A stretch of 64,000 nt of DNA from the human T2T-CHM13v2.0 reference genome, Homo sapiens. Under the pieces are notes generated by a model. The model ran no database searches, was not told the DNA's origin, and worked only from the letters and a program-made list of their open reading frames with translations. Both the position numbers and the translations under genes were made by a program. This document shows positions 14,001 through 28,070 of this stretch, one piece after another. The DNA is taken from assembly GCF_009914755.1 (NCBI RefSeq), contig NC_060932.1, one strand, 5' to 3'. How positions within the stretch are numbered: the first letter of the stretch is position 1; each line of letters begins with the position of its first letter.

Positions 14001-16435
14001 CAATGCAAAGATCCTCAATAAAATACTGGCAAACGGAATCCAGCAGCACAACAGAAAGCTTATCCACCACAATCAAGTTGGCTGCATCTGCAGGATGCAA
14101 GGTCGGTTCGACATACACAAACCAATAAATGTGATTCATCACATAAACAAAACTAAAGACAAAAAACACAAAATTATCTCAATAGATGCAGAAAAGGCCT
14201 TTGATAAAATTCAAGATCACTTCATGTTAAAAACTCTCAATAAACTAGATACTGAAGGAACATACCTCAAAATAATACGAGCCATATATGACAAACCCAC
14301 AGCCAATATCATACTGAATGGGCAAAAGCTGGAAGCATCCCCTTGAAAACCAACACAAGACAAGTATGCCCCCTCTCATTACTCCTGTTCAACACGGTAT
14401 TGGAAGTTATGACCAGGGCAATCAGGCAAAAGAATGAAATAAAGGTATTCAAATAGGAAGAGAGGAAGTCAAATTATCTTTGTTTACAGATGACAAGATC
14501 CTATATCTAGAAAATCCCATCGTCTCAGCCCAAAAGCTTCTCAAGCCAATAAGCAACTTCAGCAAAGTCTCAAGATAAAAAAAAATCAACGTGCAAAAAT
14601 CACTAGCATTCCTATATAGTAACAACAGGTAAGCAGAGAGCCAAATCATGAATGAACTCTCATTCACAATTGCTACAAAAAAATAAAATACCTAGGAATA
14701 CAGCTAACAAGGGAAGTGAGAACTCTTCAAGGAGAAATACAAACTACTGCTCAAAGCATCAGAGGACACTAAACAAATGGAAAAACATTCCATGCTCATG
14801 GATAGGAAGAATCCGTATCATTAAAATGGTCATACTGCCCAGAGTAATTTCTAGATTCAATCCTGTTCCCTTTAAACTACCATTGACATTCTTCACAGAA
14901 TTAGAAAAAACTATTTTAAATTTCATATGGATTAAAAAAGCCCAAATAGCCAAGACAGTCCTAAGTAAAATGAACAAAGCTGGAGGCATTACACTACCCA
15001 TCTTCAAACTATACCTCAAGGCTACAGTAACCAAAACAGCATGGTACTGGTACAAGAACAGATACATAGACCAGTGGAACAGAATAGAGAACTCAGGAAT
15101 AAGACTGCACACCTACAACCATCTGATCTTTGACATACTTGACAAAAACAAGCAATGGGGAAAGAATTTCCTATTTAATAAATGGTGCTGGGAGAACTGG
15201 CTAGCCATATGCAGAATATTAAAACTGGACCCCTTCCTTACACCATATACAAAAATTAATTCAAGATGGATTAAAGACTTAAATGTAAAGCCAAAATTAC
15301 AAAATCACTAGAAGAAAATCTAGGCAATAACATTCAGGACATAGGCACAGGCAAAGACTTCATGGCGAAAACACCAAAAGCAATCAGAACACAAGCAAAA
15401 ATTGACAAATGGGATCTAATTAAACTAAAGAGCTTCTGTACAGCAAAAGAAACTATCATCAGAGTGAACACACAACCTACAGAATAGGAGAAAATTTTTT
15501 GCCATCTATCCATCTGACAAAGGTCTAATATCCAGTTTACAAGGAGCTCAAGTAAATTTAGAAGAAACAAAAAAATCCATTAAAAAGTGGGGAAAGAACA
15601 TGAAAAGACACCTCTCAAAAGAAGACATCCATGTGGCCAACAAACATATGAAAAAAAACCTCAACATCACTGATCATTAGAGAAATGCAAATCAAATCCA
15701 TAATGAGATACCATCTTACACCATTCAGAATGGCTATTAAAAAGTTAAAGAACAATAGATGCTGGTGAGGTTGCAGAGAAAAAGGAATGCTTTTACACTG
15801 TTGGGAGTGTAAATTAGTTAAACCATGGTGGAAGACAGTATGGCAATTCCTCACAGACCTAGAAGCAGACATACCATTTAACCCAGCAATCCCATTACTG
15901 GGTATATACTCAAGGGAATATAAGTTATTCTATTATAAAGACACATGCATGCATATGTTCACTGAAGCACTATTCACAATAGCAAAGACGTGAAATCAAC
16001 CTAAATGCCCATCAATTATAGACTGAATAAAGAAAATGTGATACATATATACCATGGAATACTATGCAGCCATGAAAATGAATGAGATTATGTCCTTTGC
16101 AGGGACATGGATGGAGGTGGAAGCCATTATCCTCAGCAAACTAATGCAGGAACAGAAAACCAGACACCACATCGTGTTCTCACTTATAAGTGGGAGCTGA
16201 AGGATGAGAACACATGGACACATGGTGGGGAAAAACACACATTGGGGCCTGTCAGAGTGGGAGGTGGGAGGAGGAAGAGCATCAGGAAGAATAGTTAATG
16301 GATACTGGGCTTAATATCTAGGTGATGGTATGATCTGTGCAGCAAACCACCATGGCACATGTTTACCTCTGTAACAAACTTGTACATCCTGCACATGTAC
16401 CCCTGAACTTAAAATAGAAGTTGAAGAAAAAAAAA
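11063..16435 (+). mobile_element. 5'-truncated, near full-length old primate L1 (about L1PA10-13), inactivated
   Basis: End of 5'UTR, ORF1 remnant from about 11276, ORF2 EN/RT fragments (13990, 14652, 15787) with many stops and frameshifts, 3'UTR 'atcaggaagaatag...gatctgtgcagcaaaccacc', A tail. Confidence 0.95.
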
Positions 16436-19400
16436 GCCATTTTAACACCAAAAATGCAAAGCTGTTCATCTGGCTGAAAATTTCATCATAGATTGGTGGG
16501 GTGAGGGACCTGTGGTATACTACTTGATTTTTCTATTAATTCCTTATTTCTAATCATCATTGCAGACAAATGGTAGTGACTACTAGGGTTTATTACTCTT
16601 CCTTTTAGAATGCTACTCAAATGTAACTATAAATGTCATTATCAAACTGTAAAAATTAAATATCTTACCCCTGAAGTAGGCAAGGACTAGGTACATAAAA
16701 CCTTACCTTTCATCAACAGGCCAATTAGTTGACTGTTGTGCAAGTTTCAAGCTTGGGGACCCATCTCGTCACTTAACAAAATTATTATTGCCTTTTAAGT
16801 AGTCATCCCCTGCTTTTCCCTAGCACTTCTAGCTTGTGATGCTGTAGCTCTGGGGAACATGGAGAACAAACTGGAGCAAGAAAATTCCTGTTTTTTGGTA
16901 AGATACTGCATCATATTCCCAAGCACACAACCTGGAATCCATACCTACTCAATTCCAGGGTCTTTGGTGACAAGTCACTATAGCCATCAACTGCCTTATC
17001 AATTCTGGAATTATGGGGGACCCAGCCTTGAGCTAACATCTTTTCTTAGATAACAGGAAACATTACTTGGGAATAATTTCACTTACCTAAGAGAAATGTA
17101 GAAAGTCCCTGAAAGTCAAGGAATGAACATACAAAACTAGATATCTTTTTTTCACTGTAGGATTTTTACTTTTTTTCTTTCTCATGAATTTTAACAAAAT
17201 TTGTTCATTTGCTTTTAGTGTCCAAAAGGCACAGGAATAAGAAACAAAGATAAATGGTTTGGTGTTCTACCTATCAAATTAAGCATCACATTTTCCAAGA
17301 TTGATCATAATTCTGATTATGGTAAAAGTGCCCTGTTATTTCCTAGCATGGTCAGATTTACATGAAAATATGCCTGACTTTGATTTTTAATTGTCCTCCC
17401 TCACCCTAGGATTCTCACTTGGCTCCTGTACGTCTGCAGACAGCAATGCACCACACTGGTTGCATTGATCTCTCCCTAAGCTGCCACCTGCCATCGCCTC
17501 CCACCTTTGATCCTTTGCCATCATCAGTGTCTTCAAACAGCACTGCTGTGTTCTGCCTGCAAAAACAAGCGTACTCCTCAGTGGAAAAATACCACATTCC
17601 AGCTTGGTGAAGCAGGTGGTGTGTTTCATAGGATGGAGCAGAAAGTAGCATCTCTTCTTCTCAAACAAGAAGGAAGACTATTAGCACATCAGCACAGAAA
17701 GTCGTGCATGATGAATCTTAAGTGCTGCCTCATAAATGAAAATGTGGTAAAGTTTGAAAAATCAGCTTTGAAAATGTATTAAGTCCATTATTCAAACCCA
17801 AAGTCTTAATTTTTTTAAAAAACCAATTTTCCCATCTTTCAAATAAGGGGGATGGAGCAGATGATGTTCAAGATGCTCAAAATTCTTTTTGCTCCGTGAG
17901 ATCTAAAACCTGACCTTGGCATCACGTAATGACCATCACAGTCAACACTGCTCACAACATATACAATGGGATGCCTGGTATGTTTTACAGCTATTATCTG
18001 GACTAAATATCCCATTTCATTTCCAGCCTAGGTAGACAGAAGATGAAAAGGTTTGTGTTTTTTTCTTTATGTGGACAATCCGAATTCATGTAATTATATT
18101 ACTCAGAGTCTGGGAAATGAAGAAGCAACAAACATATTTGAACATCAGAGTTTCTGCTACAGGCTCAGAATAACTCAGTTTTTAATTTCTCTTCTTGGAA
18201 AAAGGTTCCTTTTTTCCATGAAGGCTCACTCTTCTGAACAGGACCAAATGGAGCTTCAACAACATGGATACAAAATACCACAACCAAGAGTGGGAGCTGT
18301 GCCATGCCACAGACACAGCCTTGCAAATGCAGGGAATTCTGCCTGATTCTGACTAGGACTGGTTAAAGAAAAGGCTGACACCAAACAGAGCAGCATCCTT
18401 CATGGCAAAGGCCTCAGCCACTGGGTCACTTTTAACTGTGACAACTGCAATATAGGGCCATACTGTCCTCCAGCTGATACCATATATACACAAAGAAATG
18501 ACTTTTCATTTTTGCATGGTTTTCCCACACACTGCTGGAATGACCAAAGCAGAAAGTCTACTGTTTTGCTACATATGCAGGAGCAACCTTGCAAACTAGT
18601 GTGGTTTCATTTTTGAGATCAAAGAAAGCCAATATCAGACTCACTCAGCTCAGCTGGGTATGATTCCATAGGGAATACAGCACCATAATTCCATTGTAAT
18701 AATGTCTTCCTTTATTTACAAGGATGGCAATAGAAGGAGTGACTCAATATAGACAATTCTGAACCCTGAAACATCATGCACATCAATAACAAGCTATGGA
18801 AGCCTGTTCCTTACTGGTCTCTTGCTTGCCCAGAGGGTAGGAGATAAACCTGCCTCTGGGTGCCACATGCAGGCGGGTCCAGGGGCTGCTGCTTGTCACT
18901 GCTGAGTAGAGTCTGCCATTGTGTGAGGCAGGAAGCCCCCAGCCAATGCTAATGGCTAAGAAGCCATTTCATCAGATTCTTACCCAGTGAAAAGGTGTTT
19001 TTAAATAATGAGGAAAAAAAGCTTACTGAATTCTTTAGAACATAAGCCTTGGGACAGCATACCACAACTATTACTTCTAAGTGGGTACCCAATAAACATT
19101 TCTAATTGACCCCCCCCAAAAAAAAGTTAACAGTGAACCAATATTTACAGAAAAAAAGTGTTCAATATATGCGCTCGTTTAGCTTATGAATATGTCAGCT
19201 CTGCTTAATCTATTTCTTTTGTTTGCATTTAAAAAAGTATAAAAATGTAAATGTATATATTTATATTCATATTTGTATATGTATATGTAGTATACTATTG
19301 TCTGATCCACTGAGAGAAAATGACCTGCCTTTTTATAATCTGTTACTGCAGTTATAAAAGTATTAACAATTTAATAAGTAATATCACAAATGAACACTTG

Positions 19401-20587
19401 TTAAACATAGGTTAAATATTTTTAAAACAAAATGGGCTTTTACCTCGTTTTAACCTTAGCAGACTGTTAAGCATCTTTCTAGTTTTGAAGGAGGCAGTGA
19501 AATCCCAAACATTCTTGGTTTTCTCTATTCAGCCTGATCTTATCTACTCTAAAAGAGAAACAGGTTATTCCACCAGCTTCGGACAAACAGTGTGGGGAGA
19601 AAGGAAACTCTTTGGCTACAAGGCTAGTTCCTGTGTGTCAGAGGTACAGGAGGTTCCTGGCCTGTGCACACATGGGGTAAGTCCAAAGACTTCCTTAAGA
19701 TCAAGGAGCAGCAGAACTCCACAATTCCTCCCTCCTAACTACCAGTTTGACTTACTAAACTATTTTACCTCCGATGTGGAAACACACTTTCCAAGAACTC
19801 TCTTGTTCTTTGAAATTATATTCCTCCCCAAATTATCTGCAACTGAAGGTAGAAAGATTGTTTTTTTCAGTTGTAGATCTTACTATACTTTGTTTAAATT
19901 GCCTACAAAGAAAGGGAGTTATTAATTGAATGTGAAGATGGATTTGAGGCTTAACACATTGGTGGTGAATCACAAAGTGCATCTCTTTTTAGGTTTGTAG
20001 CAACATCAACTCCAAATGTTAATTTTCAAGTTGTAACTTTATTTGTGGATATGTGGAAAATATGACTACACTGTTTGTTAGGAATGAGTCAAAAGAGAAA
20101 CTTGTTAGTCCGGAAAAATAAACATGAAGGAGAACACAATTCTTAAATATAGCTTTAATGGGAGGTGATGCATTCTATTATGGTTAAGAAGCCCAACAGA
20201 GGCTACAATTCTATGCTCCTCATGGTCCCTCCTTACAAATGTGGTGCAGCTGTCTGGCACTTTCAACGTGATCGTTTGATACAATCATTAAGACTAGCTA
20301 CCTGCTTAGTATTTGCAAAATTACATTGCATGTGCAAATAATTGAGGTGATATTTTGAAAACCACATAATGTATTTATCAACTGTGGTTAGAAAGAACAG
20401 TTCCTCCAAAAACAGTTCACAGTCACCAGTGTTCAAGATAGTTTTCTGTTTTATTCAGTAGCCTTTGATGAATTTGGTAAAGTCTAATCACATCCAAGTG
20501 TCATTAACGATTAGGGTTATCCTGGAATAATCAATCCCGAAGAACAAAAATACAGTTTCTACAAAGATTTGATAAAACCTTGCATCC

Positions 20588-20891
<304 letters not shown>

Positions 20892-21369
20892 TCACATCCT
20901 GCAGACAAAAGCCACACTTCACTTTAAAAAAATATGTGATAGCAAATTGGATGCAAAAATAGCAGATGACCTTGTAAGATGTTACTCTTAGAAAAGGGCA
21001 GCAACGTTACGCAAATCTATTATGAGATGAATACTATTTTGGGGGTTAAGAAAGCAGAGTTCGTGAGCTTCCTTGAAGAAGTGAGTGTTTGCCAAATCCA
21101 GCCAAAACAAACCCTTAGCAGGAGAGAGCAACAAAAGCTTTTCATCATTTAGGAATTAAGCTGTACAAGCAAAGCTCGCCTTGAGAAATGCCAGTGTATG
21201 AAAATCAAGATGTAGAGAAGTAGTTACATATATTAAAACAAAATACGATAAAATAGCAAGCACTTCTAGTACATTTATTTACAACACGACTATGGTTTGA
21301 CTAAGTCTACATACCATTCTTTACAAATATATTTATTGTTCATTTGATTTTTGCTCAAAGTATGCAGGT

Positions 21370-21900
21370 CTTTGTTAAAGGGATCTTAAATTCAAGATGT
21401 CTTAGAACAAACTTCTGATTTCCCTCCACTCATATCTACTTTCTTTTGTATTACTCCTGAATTCTTATTTTTTTTATTGGCATCACCAACCATTTTTTCC
21501 ATGCAGCTGCCCAAGCCAGCATTTGTGACACCATCCTGAGTACCCTTCATCCTTACTATGCTCCCTACCAGCTTTATCCTCACCATGGCCTCTTGAACAC
21601 AGCCCTCTTCTCTGTTGCTTTTGTACTGGCCAAAGGTTTCACAATTACTTCTTTCAGATTTCTACATCTGCCTCTTAATTATTCTTTCTGCTTTCAGTGT
21701 CAACACTTGTATACACTCCCTAGCTCCTCATGCCCACAGGGTACCAGGTGACATTTTTGAAATGCCAATCTTACGGTATCACCTGAACAGCTCTCCATCA
21801 CCTAACAGATAAAAATCAAATTCTAAAAGTATTCCAAGTTAAGCCTGACTCTCCAGCTTTATCCCTTATCATTTCTCCACCCAGAACTCTATTTATAGGA
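21370..21900 (+). mobile_element. L2 fragment
   Basis: Degenerate L2 body, including 'cttaaattcaagatgtc...cagctgcccaagccag'. Confidence 0.5.
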
Positions 21901-22927
21901 GAGAGAAAAAAGGTTAACATTTAAAAGGAGAATCAATAACAGTTTAAGCAAGTAACAAAATAAATCCTTTGTACTTAGAAGTCTTTAAAATACATATTTG
22001 ACATATTTGTTGCACTTCCTAGTTTATAAGCAGTATGTATTAATGAGCTTTTTTTTAACAATATTAAAAAAGTATGAACAAATGCATTCAGTGTGATAAC
22101 TGTGGTCCAAGCCTACAGTATGTTTACTTGGTATGTTTGAACTGCTCTAATAGTAGCTACCATGAGGAATGTCAGAGTATCTGGTAACAACTAAAGAGGC
22201 TCTCTCAAACTCTGGAAATGAAGCCTGCTTTGTTTTTAAAGGACCAGAACTGTGGTAATACCCATTTAACCTTCCTTTGATTTAGATGGAATTTAAACAT
22301 CTTCACAATAATTATAATTGTACTAAACATCAGTTATGCACAACTGGGAGTCATTTCCCTTCAGGGGACATACAGGAATCATGCTGCAGATTTCTAACTA
22401 ATCTATTTAGTTCCAACTAGTCCAGCTAAATACTGCCTGGCCCACAGTTGATGAAACGCTTCCCTCCTTACCGTGGATGCTCCTCCCCGCCACCCCAACC
22501 CTCAACAAACACTGCCATAGAAAGCTATGTTCCACCCCTAGCAGTGTGAGTGAGGCATTTTCTTCCTGTGTGTTAGAGTAGGAAAAGAGGGAGAGCAAGA
22601 GACCAACCACTGCCTTTGGGATAAATGAGATGTTGGACTGAAATGCAAAATTAACTTATGCTTTATTCTAAAGCTGCACTGTTCAATACAGTCATCACTA
22701 GCCATGTGTGGCTATAGATCACTTGAAATGTGCCTTGTCCAAACTGAGATGTGCTATAAAATATACAGCAGATTTTTAAGATTGAGCATGCAAAAAAAAA
22801 GAATGGAAAGTGTCTCATTAATGACTTTTTATATTGACATATGTTCAAATAATGATATTTAAGATACATTGGGTTAAATAATATGAGTTATTAAAATTAT
22901 TTTTGCCTGTTTCTTTTTCCTATTTTT

Positions 22928-24294
22928 TAATAAAAATTGTATTTACTTAGAAGCATTCAGAATGTCAACAAAAGAGCTATACCTTTTTTTTTGGTGACTA
23001 GAATGGTATTCAGTTGACAAAACAATTATTTCATATAACCTGCAGCAGAGATAACTGAAGATGAAATAACTACCATCCCCATATATAACTCATTTGTGCT
23101 GTGCACCAAAAAGAACCTGCTTTAAATTTCCATGCCAATTTATAACCCTCATACTGTACCAGGCACAGTTAGTGGCTATCGAAAATACCACTAGGACAGG
23201 GCTATCTAAAGACATATGTGGTAGTGTGTTAACTATACAAAAAAAGGCACTGTACAGTTTAAAAACAAATCTTACGCAGCCTTACATTTCAATTTTTTTC
23301 TTTAAAAGGAGTGAATTGTGTACAAGGGGCTTAATGCTTTATAGCAGGGGTCCTCAGTCACCCCCAACCCAAGAGTCTATGGCCTGTTAGGAACTGGGCT
23401 GCAAAGCAGAAGGTGAGCTGCAGTGGGCAAGTAAGCATTACCACCTGAGTTCTGCCTCCTGTCAGATCAGTGGTGGCATTAGATTCTCAAAGGCACGTGA
23501 ACCCTATTGTGAACTGCGCATGTGAGGTGTCTAGTTTGCACACTCCTTATAATAATCAAATGATAAATGTAATGCACTTGAATCATCCTGAAACCATACC
23601 CCACCCACCATGGAAAAACTGTCTGCCATGAAACTGGTCCCTGGTGCCAAAAAGGCCGGGGACAGCTGCTTTATAGACAAGAAAAAAACTGCAATAGAAC
23701 CAATTTATCCATCATAATTGTCTTCTTCATCTTCCTCCTCCTCCTCTTTATCTTCCTCCTCTTTATTTTCTTGCTTTTTTTTGGCCTTGATGACTCCCTT
23801 TTTTGAAAGCATCAGGCTTTCCTTTTAGTTTGAAATGCAGCAATATTCTTTGGGTATTTTTTCTGCAGCTTTGCAGCCTTCTTTTCTTAAGGCTGCTTGT
23901 CATCTGCAGCAGTGTCATACCACATCTCTCCCAGTTTTTTCGCAACATCATCAATGGATAGGCCAGCATGTTCTACTTTGATTTTAGGGTGAAACTTAGA
24001 ACGGAACAGAAGAAAGGTCGAAAGAGGTCTCCTGGGTGCATGTCTCTTAGAAAACTCTGAGAAGTTGATGGGAGCATCTGGGCGCTGCTTCCTTTTCTCC
24101 CAACAAGTTTGCGCAAAGAATGCATACAATGACTTTTTGCCTCTTGGCGTCTTAGGATTTTGCCTCTAGGCTTCTTAGGATCTCCTTTGCTCCTGTTTAG
24201 TTATTTTTCCTCAGCAAGGCAAGAGTCACCCAGTGCCCTTCTGGCTCTCATTTTCTCTGGCACTGTCTCTATGGAGTTCAATGTACCTCAATCA
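22928..24294 (-). pseudogene. HMGB1P41: Processed HMGB1 pseudogene (probably the copy annotated HMGB1P41, from memory); CDS remnant 24194->23705
   Basis: Intronless HMGB1 5'UTR (gctgaggaaaaataactaaac), HMG-box peptide (YAFFAQTC...NFSEFSK...[25 protein letters not shown]), acidic-tail codons and 3'UTR up to the proximal polyA site. ATG is mutated to AGG and stops are present. About 20-bp TSD tgtYtctttttcctattttt (22908-22927 and 24296-24315) at a TT/AAAA site. Confidence 0.92.
23345..23668. mobile_element. MER1 (MER1B-like) hAT-Charlie MITE inside the pseudogene 3'UTR
   Basis: TIRs caggggtcc...ggggacagctg; perfect 8-bp TSD ctttatag (23337-23344 and 23669-23676). Confidence 0.9.
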
Positions 24295-25173
24295 CTGTCT
24301 CTTTTTCCTATTTTTAATGTAGCTATTATACCATAAATTTTTATACTATAGATATAGTTCACATTAAATTTCTATTGGACAGTTTTGCTTGAATGTTATC
24401 CTTTTTAGATAAACAAATGACCAATATCTTGGTTATTACTTGCCTTTCTATAATAAAAGCAGAGTACAGAATCTATAATGACAAGGGGAGATGAAGAGTT
24501 TTAAGAATCTCATTATTTCTATTTCTTGATTATTTACATTTTGAGTGGATATAGGGAGGAAAAAAGATGCTGCATCACATCTAAATGTAAACCAATTCTG
24601 CAGAGGCAACCTACGGCACGGGCATCACAAAAGTGGTATAATGGTACTCCTAAACATTTTAGAACATTCTCATATATCCAATCTGTGCAACAAAGCCAAT
24701 GGTCCACCTTGTACGACAGTGCTACCGGTCCACCTGAAGTTTCAGTTTTAACTTTTCTCCATTTTGCTGCCAATGATGATTTACAAAGAAGGACATTTAC
24801 TAATTATCCAAGGACTCTTTGGAAGTGATACTTGAAAATGCCCAAGCTTTGTTGATACAGAGAGCATAACCTTCATTAATGGCAGTGACATAAATTATTA
24901 TTTTAAAAATTCATATTTATGATCAGAATTCTAAATTCACAATGCCATTCTAAACAGGTGACACATTATAATCTAGCACTAATGTGTGCTTATAATAAAG
25001 AACTTATAGTACACAAAAAATTATGAATTTTGAATGTCATTTTTAACATCAACCAAAAGAAGAAGAGTACTAAATTCTCTTTAAAACACACACATACATA
25101 CACACACATACTACATGGGCCAAATTTGTGTCATAAAACAAGCTTGCCTAAGCTATAATTAAGAAAATTGAGA

Positions 25174-25540
<367 letters not shown>

Positions 25541-27239
25541 TCATCTTACCTTACTACCTTCCTTCCCATTTTTATAGAACATTAGGAGAGTGAAGTGGCA
25601 GCATATGTGCATTTAGATTACAGAAATTCATCTACAGGCACTTGGCAGGAAGAGAGGGCTATTTTTAAAAACAACAAACAAAAACCTACCATTCCACCGT
25701 TCCATTCAATGAAATTTTGCCCCAGAGTAAGAAGGGAGACAGAATTGCTTCTTTTTCAAGTGGTTTCAGATCCCAAGTCTTTCAAACTGAGTTCTGTTCT
25801 TACAGGTAACGGAGGACATTAAAAAGAACAATTTTGTCTGTATTTGATTTGTGTGTTGATGTGAGAATCTAAATCCTCAGCAAGATGGGGCTTGACTGTG
25901 TACTGATGGCACAATGTGCTGCATTAAGTCATAATGTCAATTATACTGGTTCCTACCATTTCCCTGTCTGCATCCCCCATCTCCATGACTATACTTGAGT
26001 TTTAGAAAGAACATTTTGGCAAATGTGTAGCAAATAGACTGTAGCAAGAAACCAGAGACAACAGTTATTTGCTGCCCTGAATTACTGAAATGATGGGAAG
26101 AGATAAATGGATAAAAGTTTCTTGGAAAAGATGTTCTTTATAGCTACTTTATGGGTATTGCTTCAGTTCTTAAGGGGAGTCCACCAATTATACAGTACCA
26201 GTATTTCTCTAACATGAGTGAGTACATTTATATTCCCCTCAAAATCTATTTTTTAAAAAGAAATGTTCTAAAATTTCAATGCTCTATTTTTTAAAAAGAA
26301 ATATTTTAAAATGGTAAAGTGACCTTTTTTCTTTTTTTCAGTAGTCTCATACTGGTTACAGAGTTTGTGACCTGAAAAGTTTTTAACACATTTAAACATT
26401 AAACATTTGTTCCAGGAACTGCTAGGCTTCTAGAGATTCAAAAATAAAAGATACCATTTTTGTCTTATCTCACTTAATTACAAATTTGACATGGGCGACT
26501 TTCCGATAAACTGTCTAAAGTACATAAAAGAAAGGAGAAAATGTAGACACTACCATTGAAAATGGGAGCCAAATTAGTTCACAGTTTCCCATCGTATTTA
26601 TAGGATTTTGCTTGTAGCTCAGATCATTTCCTAACTTTGAACTCAAAGGTCAATGTGTTTCTGAAGTTCTTTTAAACTATATAATTCCCAGAATGGCACG
26701 CTATAAGGAGAAGATGATTTCATTTTATTCAGCAAGTGATAAATATGACATCACTGTATTTTAAAACCCTGAAAAACAAATAGTACCATATGGTTTGTTT
26801 TCTTCCAACCACAAACTAACAATCTGTACTATTCTAATAAACTGCTGTTAGGTCTAAGAATACTTCTGGCCAAATTTTCCTTTTTTCTTTGTTATAACTG
26901 GTTTGCTAATACATTTCTCTAGCTTTAGAGTTATAATTAGAAGACAGTTACTACTTTGCATAATCAAATTGTAATTGATGTTTGGGTGAAATCCAACGAA
27001 TTTAAGCATCAGTACCTTCAAAACCATGATGTCTGGCAAAAACAGAATAACAAATGTCAGGCTCTAATGATCTAGGTTATCTAACAATGCTTAACTGTTG
27101 AATTATTTTAGAGGCTGGACAATAAGTAATAATTGACTTATCAATATATTTTGAGCATTACATTTGTAAATGACAATAAGTTAATGGTCTCCAATAAACA
27201 CAAATGGTGATGATAAGGAACAAAAATTCACTTGAGATC

Positions 27240-27360
27240 AGAAACCTATCCCAGTCTTAGGTCTGTCATTGGTGAAATATGTGTTTCTGGGTGAGTCACT
27301 TAACTTTCTGAATCTGTTTACTCATTTGCAAAATGGAAGTTAAGAAATCTAATGATAATA
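27240..27360 (+). mobile_element. MIR
   Basis: Core 'ctgggtgagtcacttaactttctgaatctgtttactcatttgcaaaatgg'. Confidence 0.7.
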
Positions 27361-27374
27361 GACATTTGTCAATT

Positions 27375-27655
27375 TTTTGGAAGCCTCATGGCTGAATTTG
27401 CTTCTGTGTCTGGAGAACTTCCTAGCACAGATGTCTCTCACTTTAGAAGCCAAAAAGCCCAGTTGCAAGCACTGGTTCTGTAGAGTGAATGAACATAACT
27501 ATGTTTCTAGCTGTTCACCCTCCTGTCCATTTTCTGACCTGGTTCCCCAGCCTTCCCAGCAACTCTGTGAGCTACCTTGATGGTCTTTCAAAAAATTTCA
27601 CTCTTTGTTAAATCAGCCAGAGTCACTGTCTGTTCTTACAACCAAGAAGCCTCAC
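27375..27655 (+). mobile_element. Old ERVL/MaLR LTR fragment
   Basis: 3' end 'ttgttaaatcagccagagtcactgtctgttcttacaaccaagaagcct'. Confidence 0.45.
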
Positions 27656-27659
27656 TTCT

Positions 27660-28070
27660 ACCTCAAGGTCTGGTCTGTACACTTCTCTTGATCTCAACTG
27701 TCACTCTTGTCTAAACTACCATAATTTCTTTCCTGTACTAATGTGGTGGCTTCCTGATTGGTCTTCCTTTGTCGATTCTTGTCCTCCTCTGATCCATTCT
27801 ACACATAACACCTAAAGTGATCTTCCACTGAGATGAATGAAACCATATTCTCTTCCACAAAATCCTTCTCAGTGACATAAAAATGGAATTTAAACATCCT
27901 TCACACAATCAGTATAGCTCAACATGATCTGGCCAGCCTTCTTTTCCAAACTCGAATGTCTATTAACTGATGAGTGGATAAACAAAATGTGGTATGTCTA
28001 TGAAATAAAATATTTTGGCAAATGAATGAAGTACTGACACATGCTATCACATGGATGAACCTTTCAAACA
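27660..28070 (+). mobile_element. L2 fragment followed by a short L1M 3' fragment (27955-28070)
   Basis: L2-like 'gcttcctgattggtcttcc...tccattctacaca'; L1M-like 'gatgagtggataaacaaaatgtggtat...catggatgaacct'. Confidence 0.55.

Larger units (their letters stand above)
22674..24387. mobile_element. MER33 hAT-Charlie MITE split in two (22674-22927 and 24296-24387) by the HMGB1 retrocopy
   Basis: Begins 'ctgttcaatac...cactagccatgtgtggcta...cacttgaaatgtg' and resumes 'tttttaatgtagcta...tttctattggacag' after the insert. Confidence 0.8.

Noticed and set aside
11276-15993. ORFs within the older L1
   Set aside because: Fragmented L1 ORF1/ORF2 remnants with many stops; the promoter end of the 5'UTR is missing.
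23705-24194. HMGB1 copy as a functional retrogene
   Set aside because: Start codon lost, premature stop, frameshift and large internal deletion.
24526-24828. Three overlapping short ORFs in unique sequence
   Set aside because: No recognisable protein similarity and no convincing splice-site pair; lengths are within chance expectation.
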